Source: the human T2T-CHM13v2.0 reference genome, Homo sapiens. From it: DNA of 64,000 bases. The stretch is from NCBI RefSeq assembly GCF_009914755.1, contig NC_060939.1, one strand, 5' to 3'. Below the pieces are notes generated by a model. It had not been told where the DNA came from and made no database searches. It saw only the letters and a list, made by a program, of their open reading frames with translations. A program made the translations under genes and the position numbers. Positions 26,731 through 40,529 of the stretch are shown here, piece by piece. How positions within the stretch are numbered: the stretch's first letter is position 1; every line of letters begins with the position of its first letter.

Positions 26731-27486
26731 CTCTTTCTACTGGGACCAAATTGAGTTGAAGGTGCTGCGTTAGCCATAGGAATTACATGGATGAATGTGG
26801 CACATACTCTGTCCTTAGAGAGCTTACAATTTACCGAATTGGAAATATATGTATTTTGTATGCAAATGACTATAATCAAAATAGAAAATACTAAGCTTTA
26901 AATGAATTATACACAGTCATGGTTTATAAAGAGACTATTTCCTGTGGAGAAATCAGGGAAGGTTTTGTGGGAAAAAAAATTGGCATTTTCATCAGCTTCA
27001 AATCTTAAATTTAGTTTTTTAAAACTTTTTAAAAAATTATGTAATAAATTTGACTTAAATGAGTTGGTATCTAGTTCTATGTCAAATCCTGTGTTATGAA
27101 TGCAAGTAATGGTTGGTAGTGACAGATGTATGATACCAAATAGTTGAAGAGTAGAATGAATTTTAAGAATGCGAGAGAATCTTGGTTTGCCAGTGAGAAC
27201 CAAGCCACAGATCACAGGGATATACTAGGCCACAGAAATTACTAGAAGCCAGTATTTTAACTTCAGAACACTGTTTCTTATCTCTGTTTCTCCATGCTTG
27301 TTTGTCCTTTTTCAGAGTCAGTTCAATACATTCTTTAGAAAGAAAAAATATTATTAATCCTATCTTCTACCTGGGAGTTCCTCAGCACAGTTTGAATTTA
27401 GGAGATTGTTAGAGTGACCGTTCTTGTAGAGAATACAGTCTTTGGAAATTGAGATCTATTTTTTATTTTTTAAATGTTTCAGACAA

Positions 27487-27869
27487 GGTATTAGTCCATT
27501 CTCACACTGCTATAAAGAACTACCTGAGACCATGAGGTAATTTATGAAGAAAAGAGGGTTAATTGACTCAGTTATGCAGGCTGTACATGAAGCATGGCTG
27601 GGAGACCTCAGGAAACTTAGAATTATGGCAAAAGGCAGAGGGGAAGCAAGAGCATCTTTCCATGGCAGACAGGAGAGACAAAGGGAAGGGGGAGGTGCTA
27701 CACACTTTTAAACAAGCAGATCTCTTGAGAACCCATTCACTGTCACAAGAAAGGCAAGGGGGAAATTTGCTCCCATGATCCAATCACCTCCCACCCGTTC
27801 CCTCCCCCAACACTGGGGATTACAATTCAACATAAGATTTGGGTGGGGACACAGAACCAAACCATATCA
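27487..27869 (-). mobile_element. MSTA MaLR solo LTR
   Basis: gtattagtccattctcacactgctataaag...ccaaaccatatca with TSD GACAA. Confidence 0.92.
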
Positions 27870-29661
27870 GACAAACAGTAGTTTTTATTTTTGTGTGTTT
27901 ATTTCATAACTTCTCCTCAAAAGGAACATGCTCTCCTTGCATTTATTTGAAAAAACAAAAAGCCAGTTTCTCTCCACTAAACAGATGAAGTTCAAGATTT
28001 TTAGAAGACAATAGCATTACGGGATAAGTCAGAAAACTGAAATCATGTCTATGTATTCCAGGTCTTTTTCCAAAAAAAAACACTTATATTTAAGTTTACT
28101 ATAAACATTAAATGAGTTGTTAAAACTAATGTAACAGAAATTAAATAGATCATCTTACTCAAATAAAAACAAAAAGACGTAAAGGAATTAACATTTATAA
28201 GCACCAAATATGTGTTAGACTGTAATTTCAACCAGTGTCACCTCATTTTGTCCTCATGATCTTGTGAAGGGAGTGTGACTATTTCCAAAGATAATAAAAC
28301 ATGAATCTCAGGAATGCTAAAATGATTGCCCAGAGCACAGGTATGTGGTACAGCCAGAATTCAAATGCAAATCTTTCAGATCACAAAAATATCTTCCAGT
28401 AGAGTTATTTATGTATATATTTTATTCACTTCTCTGAAGGTACAGGATGTGATGCACTCATTTTTATTTTTGCTTTCTCGTTTATATTTCTCATCACCTA
28501 GCAAAGTGGCAGGTTTAATGTGTTAACAAACAAATGAAGAAATCATGTTTGTTTTTAGTCTATATTTTTTATATATTTCAGATTCCAGATTCTTATTCAG
28601 CACTGTGTCACGATAAAAAACAAAATACACTAAGGAAGAAAAGGAAACACTGAGGGTTTATTGCATTATACCCTCTGTTTATTGTATCTGCTGGGAAATG
28701 AAACCATATATATTCTCTATTTCTCTTCTGACAAATGTTATTCATTCTGTTCATTACAGTTCCTTATCTTGCTATACTGTCCTTGCTGAATTATGTTAGA
28801 TTAGACCAATTATTGATTTAAAAGATCAGAGCAGTACATTACCACCCTCTTGCCTTTTCTGTAGGATAGTTAAATTTGTGTATGCCTGCTTCTTGCAGAG
28901 TGGCTGCTTCAAAGTGATGGTGAGAGTTACATTTTACTATTTCAACATTAGCTTCTAATGTTTCTGAAGTCTCTGGTATTAAATGAGTTCTCAGCCAAAT
29001 GTTCTGAACCCTGGGAACTACTGCTGTTAATTGTGGTCATCTCTTGGATGTGTTTGCATTGTTGTCCATAACTAAGCTGATTTCTTTTCATTTCATTTTT
29101 TAATGGCTTTTTACTGCTGCTGCTTGAGTATTTTCCTGGGTGAGCATTCTTGATTGATTACTGGAATGAAGTCAGTTCTGTCTTCTGCTGTCACCCAGGT
29201 ACCAATTATTGGATCACTGTGGACACTGCTCCATCTACCCATTGATGTGCATTACCAATTTTCCTCTCAACACTGTTCAGTGACTCACTCACATGCTCAC
29301 AAATTCAGCAATTTGTTCATGATAGCTGCTTGGCGGGGTGGATAATATCCTGGTCAAAATGACTGAGCCACATCAGTGATGTATGTATTCTCCAGACAGG
29401 GAAACCACAGGGTTTTAAATCAATGAACTGAACTTGTCATCTATATTTTCCTGCTCTAGTTTTCTGGTTCTTTTTTTATATGTTTAAACATTTTAATTAA
29501 GTGCTAGATGTTTGTTAAACAATTCAGATAATATGAGAGTGTATGATAGCAAAGCTAATACACTCAGCCAACACCATCTGTGTGTATTGTTTATTCTCCC
29601 AGACCTTCAATCATACATGTACAAATACTTCTTTCTTCCCCCTAAAATTGAGTAATATGCA

Positions 29662-30032
29662 TGTAATTGTCCAGTCTCATGCTGCTAATAAAGACATATC
29701 CAAGACTGGGTAATTTCTAAAGAAAAAAGGTTTAATTGACTTACAGTTCAGCATGGCTGGGGAGGCCTCAGGAAACTTACAATCATGGCAGAAAGGGAAG
29801 AAAACGTGCTTCTTCACATGGTGACAGGAAAGAGAAATGCTGAGCAAAGGGGAAAAAGCTCCTTATAAAACCATCAGATCTCATGATAACTCACTCACTG
29901 TCATGAGAAGAGCATGGGGGAAGTGCCCCATGATTCAATTACTTCCTACCAGGTCCCTCCAATGACATGGGGAGATTATGGGAACCGCAATTCAAGATGA
30001 GATTTGGGTGGGGACACAGCCAAACCATATCA
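29662..30032 (-). mobile_element. THE1 (C/D-type) MaLR solo LTR
   Basis: tgtaattgtcc...gctgctaataaagacatatccaagactggg...ccaaaccatatca with TSD (A/G)TGCA. Confidence 0.9.
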
Positions 30033-30180
30033 GTGCATATTGTAGTTTTTTTTTAAATAGATCTTATCTTATATACAAAAGAGTTCCTTCACTGTTTAGT
30101 GTGCATTCACAGTATGTCATATGATATATGATGATGTACTCACTAGTTTACTACTTATAGACATATCGGTTGTCTTTAGC

Positions 30181-30423
30181 TTTTTTTTTGAGATGGAGTC
30201 TTGCTCTGTCGCCCAGGCAGGAGCACAGTGGCGCGATCTCGGCTCACTTCAGCCTCCGCCTTCCGGGTTCAGCAATTCTCCTGTCTCCGCCTCCCTAGTA
30301 TCTGGAATTACAGGCACACACCAACATGCCTAGCTAATTTTTTGTATTTTTAGTAGAGGCAGGGTTTCACGATGTTGTCCAGGCTGGTCTCAAACTGATG
30401 ACCTCAAGTGATCCACCCACCTC
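30181..30423 (-). mobile_element. AluS lacking ~40 bp of its 5' end
   Basis: Alu sequence stops at gatccacccacctc. Confidence 0.92.
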
Positions 30424-30539
30424 TAAAAATGTTAGTCATATGTGTCTTTGTGTATTTGTGCAAGTGTTTCTGTAAGGCAGGTTTATAGAAATTGCTAGGT
30501 AAACAGGGATGAATAATATTTTAATAACCACCAAAATAA

Positions 30540-30780
30540 TAGCTAGCAACTAGACTTTACATATGCCAGGTATTTTAAGTTCTTTTCAAGTGGTAACTCA
30601 TTTAATCTTTACAACAATTGAAATAGGTAAGAACTATTACTCCTATTTTACAGATGTGAGATTTGAGATTAAGTAACTTACTCAAGGTCATCTAGCTGAT
30701 ACTTAGCGAAGCCTGGATTCAAACCCAGGCAGTATGGCCCAGAGACCATCACGTACCTTTTACATACACTGCATCACTAT
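30540..30780 (-). mobile_element. MIR
   Basis: cctattttacagatgtgag...aagtaacttactcaaggtca...ggattcaaacccaggcag. Confidence 0.8.
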
Positions 30781-31699
30781 TAGGTTTCATCTCCAAAATT
30801 TGTGTTTCAATGACCAGTTTTTGTTTTTGTATCAGTTATTCCATCAATCTGACCAATAGTAGTAAGTATTAAAAAAATTTTAGACAACTATACTTTTTTA
30901 AATTTAGCATTAAAACTGTTTTAATCTTGGCATAACTTCGTGATGTAATAGGTTTGATCTGTAGAAAATCACAGGGATACACGATGAGGTGGCATATTAA
31001 GTGACAAAATGGATGGTATGGGGAGAATACAGTAGCTACAAGTGGCCATCAGTAGTGTTGGTCAGAGTGATTGGGGAAGCTATGTGGAGGTGGCAGAGCT
31101 GGGAAGTGGAGTAGTATTTGCATATGTGCAAGGAAGGATTGTAAAAAGGGATATTGCTGAGTGTGATAAGAGGTAAATTTGTTTACAATTGATAGAACAA
31201 TTTCTAAAGCTTAGGATTGAATTTAAAATTTCCACTCAAATCAGCAAGAGCCCTTGGGTTTAGAAGGGGTTAACAGGATGCAATTGGTTAACAGGATGCA
31301 ATCTGAAAAAACACATATAGCTGGCTAAAAAAAAGGTCACTGGAGACTCCCAATTTTCAGCAAAATTATGCTTGAAGAGAAAAGTAAGCAGAGATGGACA
31401 GTATATTCAAGAAATCTGATTAAGATAACACCTAAAGAAGAGAAGGTCCATCCATAGGTTGGCTGAGTTCTTATTTCTGAAATAATCTCTGGAGGAACTT
31501 TTAAGAATCCTGAAAGATTCAACTATTTTAAACTCTTCTGGAAAAGTATATGCATATACTCCTTTGAAACCGCTATGATTGTAAGTAAGTAAGTTATAAA
31601 TCCCTCTTTCTTGATAACTGTTATGCTTTAGCCAGTATTAAATCAAGCTCTCTTAATACACGTTTTGAAATGTTCCAACTACATTTATTTTATTTTTAT

Positions 31700-33720
31700 T
31701 TAAAAAGTAACATGGAATTGGAAAACAATAGAAAATACAGAGTATAAAGATATTACTCAAAAAATTAAGCTTGTGTTATATTTTTTGTAATTTAATCTTA
31801 TTTTAAATGCTTCATCAGGCTTACACACAATTATGTATCCATTTACATGACCTTGCAACATAAGTATTTTACATGATATTAACTCTGAACTGTCAAGTTT
31901 ACAACTGTTGCACTGATCACATGGATATCTCATTTAATGATTTACTCAGCAATTACAAAATAAGTTTATTTCTCATTTTCAACCAGAATTTTATAAAACA
32001 CCATCTGTCACATATATTTTGAATAGTTTCATAATTGAAATTACTAAACTCAAATATGCAGAAAGCATGTAATACCCAAGTTGCTTTCCACCTGGAATCA
32101 TTGTTTTAATTTCTCTTCCCATCATCAATAGTGGACTCGAGTAGTTATATTTTTCACAAAATCTCTAGCATTAGGTGGTTGTATTTGTTTAAAATATATG
32201 CTAATGTGATAAGCAATGCTAGATACCTTAAAGGTGTGGAAAGGTTACACATTTTCCACATGAACCAGTTAAATTTCTTTTTGTGAATTGTCTATTTCTT
32301 TCTTCATTTAGAGTTTATTTATTTATATGACTTCTTTATACATTAGGGATAGTAACCGTCTCTCTGTAACATCTGTTACAAAACATTTTCCCAGTTGACA
32401 GATGGATTTACAAATGTTTTTTGTTTTTAAGTTTGTGATTTGATTTCAAGTTCCAAAAGATTTTCCACATACAGATATCAAATGATTCCTGTTTAACTTT
32501 TTCCCCAATAGTAAAAACTCCTCCTAGAACATTCAATTGAATAATCGTGCTCTTTCTCATTGACTCCATTCATTTACTCTAATTTCGCACAGTCTTATTT
32601 TGTTTGCTTTAAAAGGCAATTTTTAATGACTTACATGTGTTATTGTTGCAAACGAAGTGGATATTTTTGAAAAATCACATTTTAAAGCTACCCTCCAAAT
32701 ATGAATGAGGTTTGAATAGGAATGAGCATTGAATTTTATCACACCTTATTAGACTTTGAGATATTTATTAGGGTAATAGTTGAAACCAATCTTTTCTTGT
32801 TACTATAAGTTTTAATAAGCTTTATTTGGTCAAAGGCTTGCATTTTGTCAGTATTTCACTTAGAATTTTTATACTTATATGAATTAATTCAGTGGGGTCC
32901 TAATTTTGTGCTTGCCATGTCACTATTATTTAGAGGTTATATTCACATAAAATTAGGAGATTATTATTTGTCTCTCAAGAACAAGAGACTTCTAAACAAT
33001 TTTAGAAGCAGACAACATAATTACCTACATAGAAAGCATAAATAGATCTATATAAAAACAATTAGAAGATTTACTCACTACAAAATCAATAGCTTTTTTA
33101 CATAATAGCCAATTAGTATATAAAATTAAAATATCCTGTTTAAAATAATAAAACAGTATACATACAAATGTAGCAAAATATGTATAAAACCTCCAAAAGA
33201 TTTTGAAATTCAGAGCAAGCAATCTATAAATACAATGATCAAAATCCCAATAGTTGACATATTAAAAAATGTCTATTAAAATTGTGTTGCTATTATTTAC
33301 TAAATATTAATAGGAGAATGCATGAATCATAAAATATTCATGAATGGTATACTATACAGTAGTTTAAAATAAGTGAATTACAATGCTGTCTATTTAACAT
33401 GGATAAACCTCAAACAATACCTAGTGAAATAAAACTGTACAATGATACTCATAATAGTGTTTTCAAATATTAACGAATAAATATTTATGGATCCATAAAC
33501 CGAGTATAAAGACATTCAAATGTAAGTTTCTGAATTCATGATAATGGAGAAAGAGACCAGGGAGGAGAACTCATGGGGCCTTAACTATTTGTGTAATATC
33601 TTCTTTTTTAAAAAGCTAAAAATCAAAATAGAGATATAAATCATGATAAAATGCCAGGCTTATAACCTCGGTTTATCATGTTTAATTTACAATTTATCTT
33701 TTAAATAATATTCTCAACTT
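31700..33720. mobile_element. Highly degraded old L1M fragments in both orientations
   Basis: AT-rich with L1-like patches (tttttgtgaattgtctatt; aaaatcaatagcttttttacata; aacatggataaacctcaaaca). Boundaries uncertain. Confidence 0.5.
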
Positions 33721-35034
33721 TTCTAATTGTGTCACTGTGTATTTGGCAAATATTTATCTAGTACGTACTAGGAACTGTTTTAGGTAGTAATTAAGCATTT
33801 GTGACCAGGGCAAAGATCTTTCCGTTATGGAGCTTATATTTTGGTGGGAGAAACTATTATACATTGCAACATCAGAAGTGCTTGAAGAAAAATAAAACAG
33901 GGTAAGAACTCCAGCCCCATTTCCTGTTGCCCCAGCTACTTTAATTAATAGCACAAGTAGTTCCCCAGAGGGACTTGGTGGAGAGAGGTTGCTGATTGTC
34001 ATACTGCTTTCCTTTTTAACTCTTAATCAGATACAATAATGTTCGTGTTCTTCTCTTTCCTTTTATGAAACTCAGGTCAATTGACTTATTTTTTTAGACT
34101 CTGGCTATAATTGAAAAGCTTTCTTTCTAGTGTTAATATTTTTCTCTCATTATTGCTAGTGTCTTATTCTGTTTTAACACCATATTGCATAGAACTTGGG
34201 TCGTTGCTAATACCCACATCCCCAAACTCCCAAGACTTTCATAATTAAAGGGTTGTCATGAGCATCTCTGAGCTGGCACAAAGCAAATTTTCGACTCTAT
34301 AGGCATCTATTCAAAGAATTTGAATCTCTTTGAATCTTTTTGAATCCATAATTTCCCTGAAAATATGTAACTTTCCCCTGTAGCTGTTATATTACAAGAA
34401 AGAATACTTTTGTGTGGTAGTCAGGTAGTCAATACCAACACTCACTACAACCCAACAGCTCCGGTCTTAGGCTCTATTGGCTGAAATATGTATTAATTTT
34501 TCTGGGCTTTTGAAGTTTTGAAAATTACTTTTTATTTACACATGAGGAAAAACTGGCTGGATTAAAATTCTAGGATCATATACTGTCTCCCTCATAACTA
34601 GGTATTGTGTAATTTTTTCCTGAATTTTAGGAGGAAAAATACAGGGCTGCCAGAATCTTCTTCCTTTTCTTCTTGGATATTTATTATATACTTAGACATT
34701 TTGCCCTTTATCTGTAAACATTTCATCCAGATATATGCTGGTATAGTTTATACTTTTCTAATTTTTCTGAAATGCAATTCTTCTAAAAATTAAACTTTTA
34801 GCTCAAGAAATTTTGTTGTGACTAATTTTAAAAATCCTGATTTATTTAGGAATACTGTTTTCAGAGAGAAGCTATCTCCAGTGAGTTCTGAAGATAGTAT
34901 CTTTTTCTTGTTCTATAGAATTTTTGTTTCAGATGCCCTTTATTGGGTTTTATATGTTCACTCATCATCAAATGAGATGTATTTAGACATAGATTTTTCA
35001 ATGTGTATGTGACCTGGATTAACCTTAGCCACTT

Positions 35035-35230
35035 TTTAAATTTTTCGTGGGTACATGAGATGTTTTGATACAGGCATGCAATGTGAAATAAGCACATCCT
35101 GGGGAAGGGGACATCTATCTCCTCAAGCATTTATCCTTTTACTTACAATCCAGTTATACTCTTCAAGTTATTTAAAAATGTACCATTCAGTTGTTATTGA
35201 CTATAGTCACCCTATTGTACTACCAAAAAG
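35035..35230 (-). mobile_element. L1MA 3'-end fragment
   Basis: gggtacatgagatgttttgatacaggcatgcaatgtgaaataagcacatc...gactatagtcaccctattg. Confidence 0.8.
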
Positions 35231-36264
35231 AGGGTCTGTCTTCTTAACTTCCTTTGGTTACTGATAGATGCAGTGGTCTGAAGCCAGGGCTGTGGGGATG
35301 CATAGTCCCATGACTGACTGACTTCATCTGAACTAACTTGGCTCCCATTACTATATTTATTTACCTCAGTGATCACCAAGAAGAAGACATCCTGATGCTC
35401 TCATCCTTCAAGATGTATTATTCCCTAGTCTCTTCCTGCTTATAATGCCTGGTGGGAATACACACTGCCATATGGAGAATCTTTTTTTACCTCCACCTCT
35501 CTCTGCTCGATAGTCATGTTTGCTAGTAATTGTGGTGCATGAATAGATTTGAGAGATGCTGATAGGTCAAGTCAAATAGATAATGACTGTCTACATCTGA
35601 AACAGTTATCAGGCATTAGTTGGGGTTGAAAGTTGTTTTGTTTATTTTTCCCCAACTGCTGTGTGTTTCCAGGTGGAAACAAGTAATGGTGACTGGCCAA
35701 ATCCACATGCTACCTACTGCCCAAGTTCTTCTCTTGTTTGACAATCTAACCAATTCTGTGGATTCCAAAAGACAAGCTAGTTTGTCAGTGGAAAGAATCC
35801 AGAACTGAAAAATAAGACCTACCACTAATATTGCCCCCTTTATTGAAATGTGTTCAAAATACTAAGCCTCAACTTCTTTATGTCTAAAACAAAAAGACTG
35901 GACCAAATGATTTCCAAGGCTCCCTTTAGCCCTAAAATTCTTCCATCTAAATATGTTTCAATCCTAAAATATTTAAAGTTAGGATACCTAAATTCCCAAG
36001 GCAATTCTAAAAGATAATTAACCAACATGGTGACTTACCTCATGGATTTCTTACTAACCTCTCATCAATTTCTCAGCAACACACTTCAGCAAACTGTAGC
36101 CATGGAGACTCACTTAATATAAAGTAGTAGATATAAGCTTTTTCAATCAATCAGCAGTAAGTTTAAAGTCCAGAAAGCCATGAAAATAGGGAGTCCTAGG
36201 AAACAAAGTTAATTTAAGTATGTCTACATAATTCCTGTGGAGTTTGTGACATATACCAATGTTA

Positions 36265-37104
36265 CAGTCAGTGATACACTGCATTTCAACAGTGGTCCCA
36301 TAAGATTATAATAACATAACACCACACATGTTTGTGGTAATGATGGTGTAAATAAGCCTGCTGTACTCCCAGTCATAAAAAGTATAGCAATATAATTATG
36401 TACAGTTAGAAAAGACTCAAGTTAAAAATTTTAAAAAATGATGTTGAGGATTCTGACCCTGTGTAGGCCTGGGCTAATAGTTTATTAACAACAACAGCAA
36501 CAAAAGCTTTTAAGTAAAAAAAAGTCTTTAAAATAGAAAAAATTTTACAGAATAAGGTTATAAAGAAAGATGATGTTTTTATACAGCTTGAGCTATGTGT
36601 TACTATGAAAGAGTCAAAAGGTTAAAAAATAGTTTACAAAGTAAAAGGTTACAGAAAGTTTACTTTATTATTGAAGAAAATCTTTTATAATGTAGCCTAA
36701 GTGTTTAGAGAGTCTGCAGGGGGTACAATAATGTCTTAGGCCTTCATATTCACTCATCACTCACGCATTGACTCAGCCAGGGCAACTTTCAATCCCACAA
36801 GCTCCATTCATGGTAAGGGCCCAATATAGGTGTCTTGTTTTTATGTTTTATACTATATCTTCTCTATGTTTAGCTATGTTTAGATACACAAATACAGGTG
36901 TTACAACTGCTTACACTATTCAGTACAGTAACATACTGTAAAGGTTTGTAGCCTAGGAACAATAAACTATACCCTACCACTTAGAAGTGTCATAGGCTAT
37001 ACCACCTAGGTTTGTGTAAGTACACTTGATGATGTTCGCACAATGAAGAAATCACCTAACACATTTTTCAGAATTTATGCCCGTCATTAAGTGACATGTG
37101 ACTG
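36265..37104. mobile_element. Tigger3 (Golem-derived) non-autonomous DNA transposon
   Basis: TA|CAGTCA...TGACTG|TA termini and internal gtggtcccataagattataat. Confidence 0.85.
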
Positions 37105-37339
37105 TAGAGTTTAGTGAAGTGAAAATGCAAAATAAATGTCAGAAAATCTTAAGATAGCTAGGTCCTATATAAAAGTAATTTTTTAATCTTTTGTTTCATA
37201 TCCTGTCTTTTAGTGTAGCCATATTTTAAATGCCATTAAAACTAAACCAGGTCAAAATTTGCTTTTTCCTCTTTGATGTAAAAAAGAAAAAAGTGGAGGG
37301 GCAGGGAGGAGGGATATGGGGAGAAGCTGTTCAATGAGC

Positions 37340-37550
37340 ATCAGAGCACAGTATATACTATATCTTATAAGTTAGAGATCTGAAGTCAAATCTCAGCTTT
37401 GCTCTTTATTGACTTAAACAGGCAACTAACATCTGAATCCCAGTCTTACCATCTGTAAAATGTAAACAATACCTTACAAGATCTTATACCTGAAGCACTT
37501 AGCACAATGCCTGGCATACATAGGTAATAAAAAATTGTAGCCATTATTGT
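37340..37550 (+). mobile_element. MIR
   Basis: caaatctcagctttgct...catctgtaaaatg...gcacttagcacaatgcctggcata. Confidence 0.75.
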
Positions 37551-38726
37551 TATCACTGCCATGAATTCTTCCAAATATATATTAAATAACATGGAAATAA
37601 TGAGCAAAGACCAGGGAAGAAAGCACTGGAATGGATGAGAGAGTAAAAAAAGCTTAAGTCATTGTCCATTTATTCATCATCTACCATCTTGGATGATGCC
37701 TAATGACTTACAGAACTGAATGTGGAGGTAGGTCATTCCAATCCAGAGTCCTGGACCTGAAGATGGAGGAGCTATGGGGCAGATGAGCTTGATATTTAAT
37801 GGTGATATTGCCAGAGTGGTTGACCTTCATAAATAATCTACCTCCTTGTTTTGTGGGGCCCAGCAAAGGTGCATGGGGCCAGATTCAAATTTGTCAGAAA
37901 CCTAAGCAATTGGTTAACTTATAGGGGTCATTTGAGAAGCTGTAATGTGTTTTCTATATCATGTTTCATATAGGTCATTACCAATTAAAAGCATTATATG
38001 AGTAGTCATTATTAAATGTGTGAGACTGTTCATTCCCTCACATAGCATACTAAAATTATGGTAGGTGAGAGATTCCAGTAAGGTGCTTATTAATCCCGTG
38101 TTATAACGACAGTAAGCAGGAATTTTTAATCCTCAAAAGCTGCTCTTCTGAAGAGAAGTTCAAATAAAGCAGACAATGAGCTCTTTGAGCTTCCTGCCCT
38201 CTGTCAGTGTATGCTCACAAGGGCACTACTCATTCTTGAAGTATTCATGACCCAATAATGTTAGTGACAAAGGGCATGTTGTAGACACACAGATGGTGAT
38301 TTCACATGTAGGCTAATCCCTATGGATTTACAATAAGCAAGACTATATAACAGGCAAAGCCTCTCATTAAATTTTTCTGAATTGCTCACTAAAACTTTGT
38401 TGAATAAAGAATATGATGTTAGATTATTTCCATATTCAAATCCATAGGAAATGGAAATATAGGCTGCCTTTTTGAGCAAATAACTAGTCAATTGAGATAT
38501 CCTGTGTTCAAAGTGCTTTGGTTCAATTTCATTTTTACCCTGGGATAGACAATTGACAAATTTCACTGTACACATCATATTCAAGGACATAGTAAAGCAA
38601 ATCTTCCGAATGTGAGGTAAAATATGTGGCACAATATAACACACATGTAACTCACATGTGACTGAATTAAGCAGCTTTTAGAGTTTCAGTACCAAAAGCA
38701 TTAAATGAATCAACGGAAGTATATGT

Positions 38727-39657
38727 ATAGTTCTTTTCACAGTAATACAGGACTATGAAAATAACGGGAGCCAAACTGTGCAAAGTAATCTGGATAACTT
38801 ACGGAAAAAGTTAAAATTCCACTGTGACTTTTAAAGACATTTTGTCAAAAAACAAAACAAAAAACCTCTTACTGTCAATTATAAACATACAGGGAAATTT
38901 AAAATACAGTAAAAATATTTGTCTAATGAGTTTTAATGTAAAAGTCTTTTTAAGAGTAGTTTGAACAGTGTTTGCCTCTTTCTTCTCATGGTATAGTAAG
39001 GGGCAAGCAGCTTTTCTATGCCTTGGAAATGGATCCAAACTTAGGACTACGACAATCCACCAGCATTGTAATCCTTTCAGCTTTTTATGTCATCACCTAC
39101 CTGAGAGTTCCTTAAATGTGAGCCTTTCTCCATGTAAATTTTGCTAAGATATCTGTATCTTTCTCCTCACTTACGTTAATAAGCCCAACTTCAGTAACCT
39201 CCTTGGATGCTTATCTAGAATCTCTCCAATGGCAGCAGTGTCAACAATCCAAGGGTCAGTAATTGCTTAGATTAACTCATTTGCACTCTACGCATGTTTC
39301 ACTCTAGCATTATCCCTTATCCTTTCTTTGCTGCACTTTGATCTTTCCTGGCCAAGTCCATCTTTTGATTATCCAGGTTTGTAAAATAATCACATGGGTT
39401 TGTAACTGCGAAACAAAGTGGCCACACTTTGTTGTCTGTGTGTGAACAGGAACACAGTGACCATTCACCTGCTTTGAAAGAAGAGACTGGTCACTAATGA
39501 CATGTATCTGCTATCCACACAGTGATTACTGGACTACAGAATTAGCTTGTGAAGTTTGCCCTTCATGCAATTACACACATTTAATATACCATGGTAACTG
39601 AAATTTGAAATGGTCAGAGGACACTAATGTTGTTTAAACTGTGGAAGCAACTACTGT
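38727..39657 (-). mobile_element. Old Tigger-family DNA transposon remnant
   Basis: The minus-strand peptide LYHEKKEANTVQTTL resembles a Tigger transposase C-terminus, and the inverted ends are degenerate. Subfamily not determined. Confidence 0.55.
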
Positions 39658-40529
39658 CAGCCTATTTAATCAACAAATATTTAATTGTCCACGTAATGCA
39701 CATCAAAGCATTGTATTGTATGAATGAGAAGTATGGATTACTAATAATAAAGGCATTCTGTTAAGGAGAAAAATCTGCATAATTAACTGTAATACTAGCT
39801 ATAGCATGAGTACTAGAGAGTGGTATAAACATAGGGCCATGAAAGCAGAATCATTCAGTTTCAAAGTGAAAATTCTAAATAGCATGACTATTAAGCAATA
39901 ACAGCAATGATAATCAATACTTTCTAGCCCATTGTTTCTAACCCACAATTGTCAGAAAATTTATGTTCCTCATTGCACTTTAGGGTTGTACTACCTTACA
40001 CAGCCAGTTCTCAAGACTATGTTTGACCTAATTGAAGAGTAAATTTTGTCTTAGAAAAGGAAATATGTATTTTGAGAGTCTAGTAAATGTTTCCACCCAG
40101 GAGGTTTCAGAAAAGTGTTCAGGCACTGCTGAGTACATAAGCAAGATTTTTAAAGCCTCTGCCCCTGACGTCAATACAACCCTCAATAACTGATTGAAAA
40201 ACACACACACAGGTAGGGTGTATAAATGGAAGACCGCCGACAAGCAATTTGAGAAAGGAAAAACTTACATTGTATACGTTTAGAGTCCCTTCTTAAAGGT
40301 TTTAGGCACATTTCCTTAGACGTTACTTGTTTTAAAACAGCATAAGTCTTCCTTCATAACTAAGGACATCAAAACTCACATATTGCCCTACTTAGAATGT
40401 TATGGCCAGGTGCAGTACTTTGGGATCTCCCAATCCAGGTTCATACTGTATTAGTTACTCGTGCTGCGAGAAAATTACTCATTTCTTAAAGTTTCATTCT
40501 GCTCACATTAAAGCTTTGGCTCTATTCTC

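Noticed and set aside
28865-28919. 55-nt exon from the upstream acceptor as the orthologue of the UNC13A/B alternative exon
   Set aside because: It is not a multiple of 3, has TAG as its second codon in the host frame, and shows no recognisable peptide similarity.
18044-30423. Inverted Alu pairs as editing or circularisation elements
   Set aside because: They are more than 5 kb apart and diverged, so there is no specific support.
31268-31302. 18-bp-period duplication GGTTAACAGGATGCAAT x2
   Set aside because: An ordinary slippage microduplication.
38261-38644. 127-aa minus-strand ORF in apparently unique sequence
   Set aside because: No recognisable domain or splice context, and consistent with chance.
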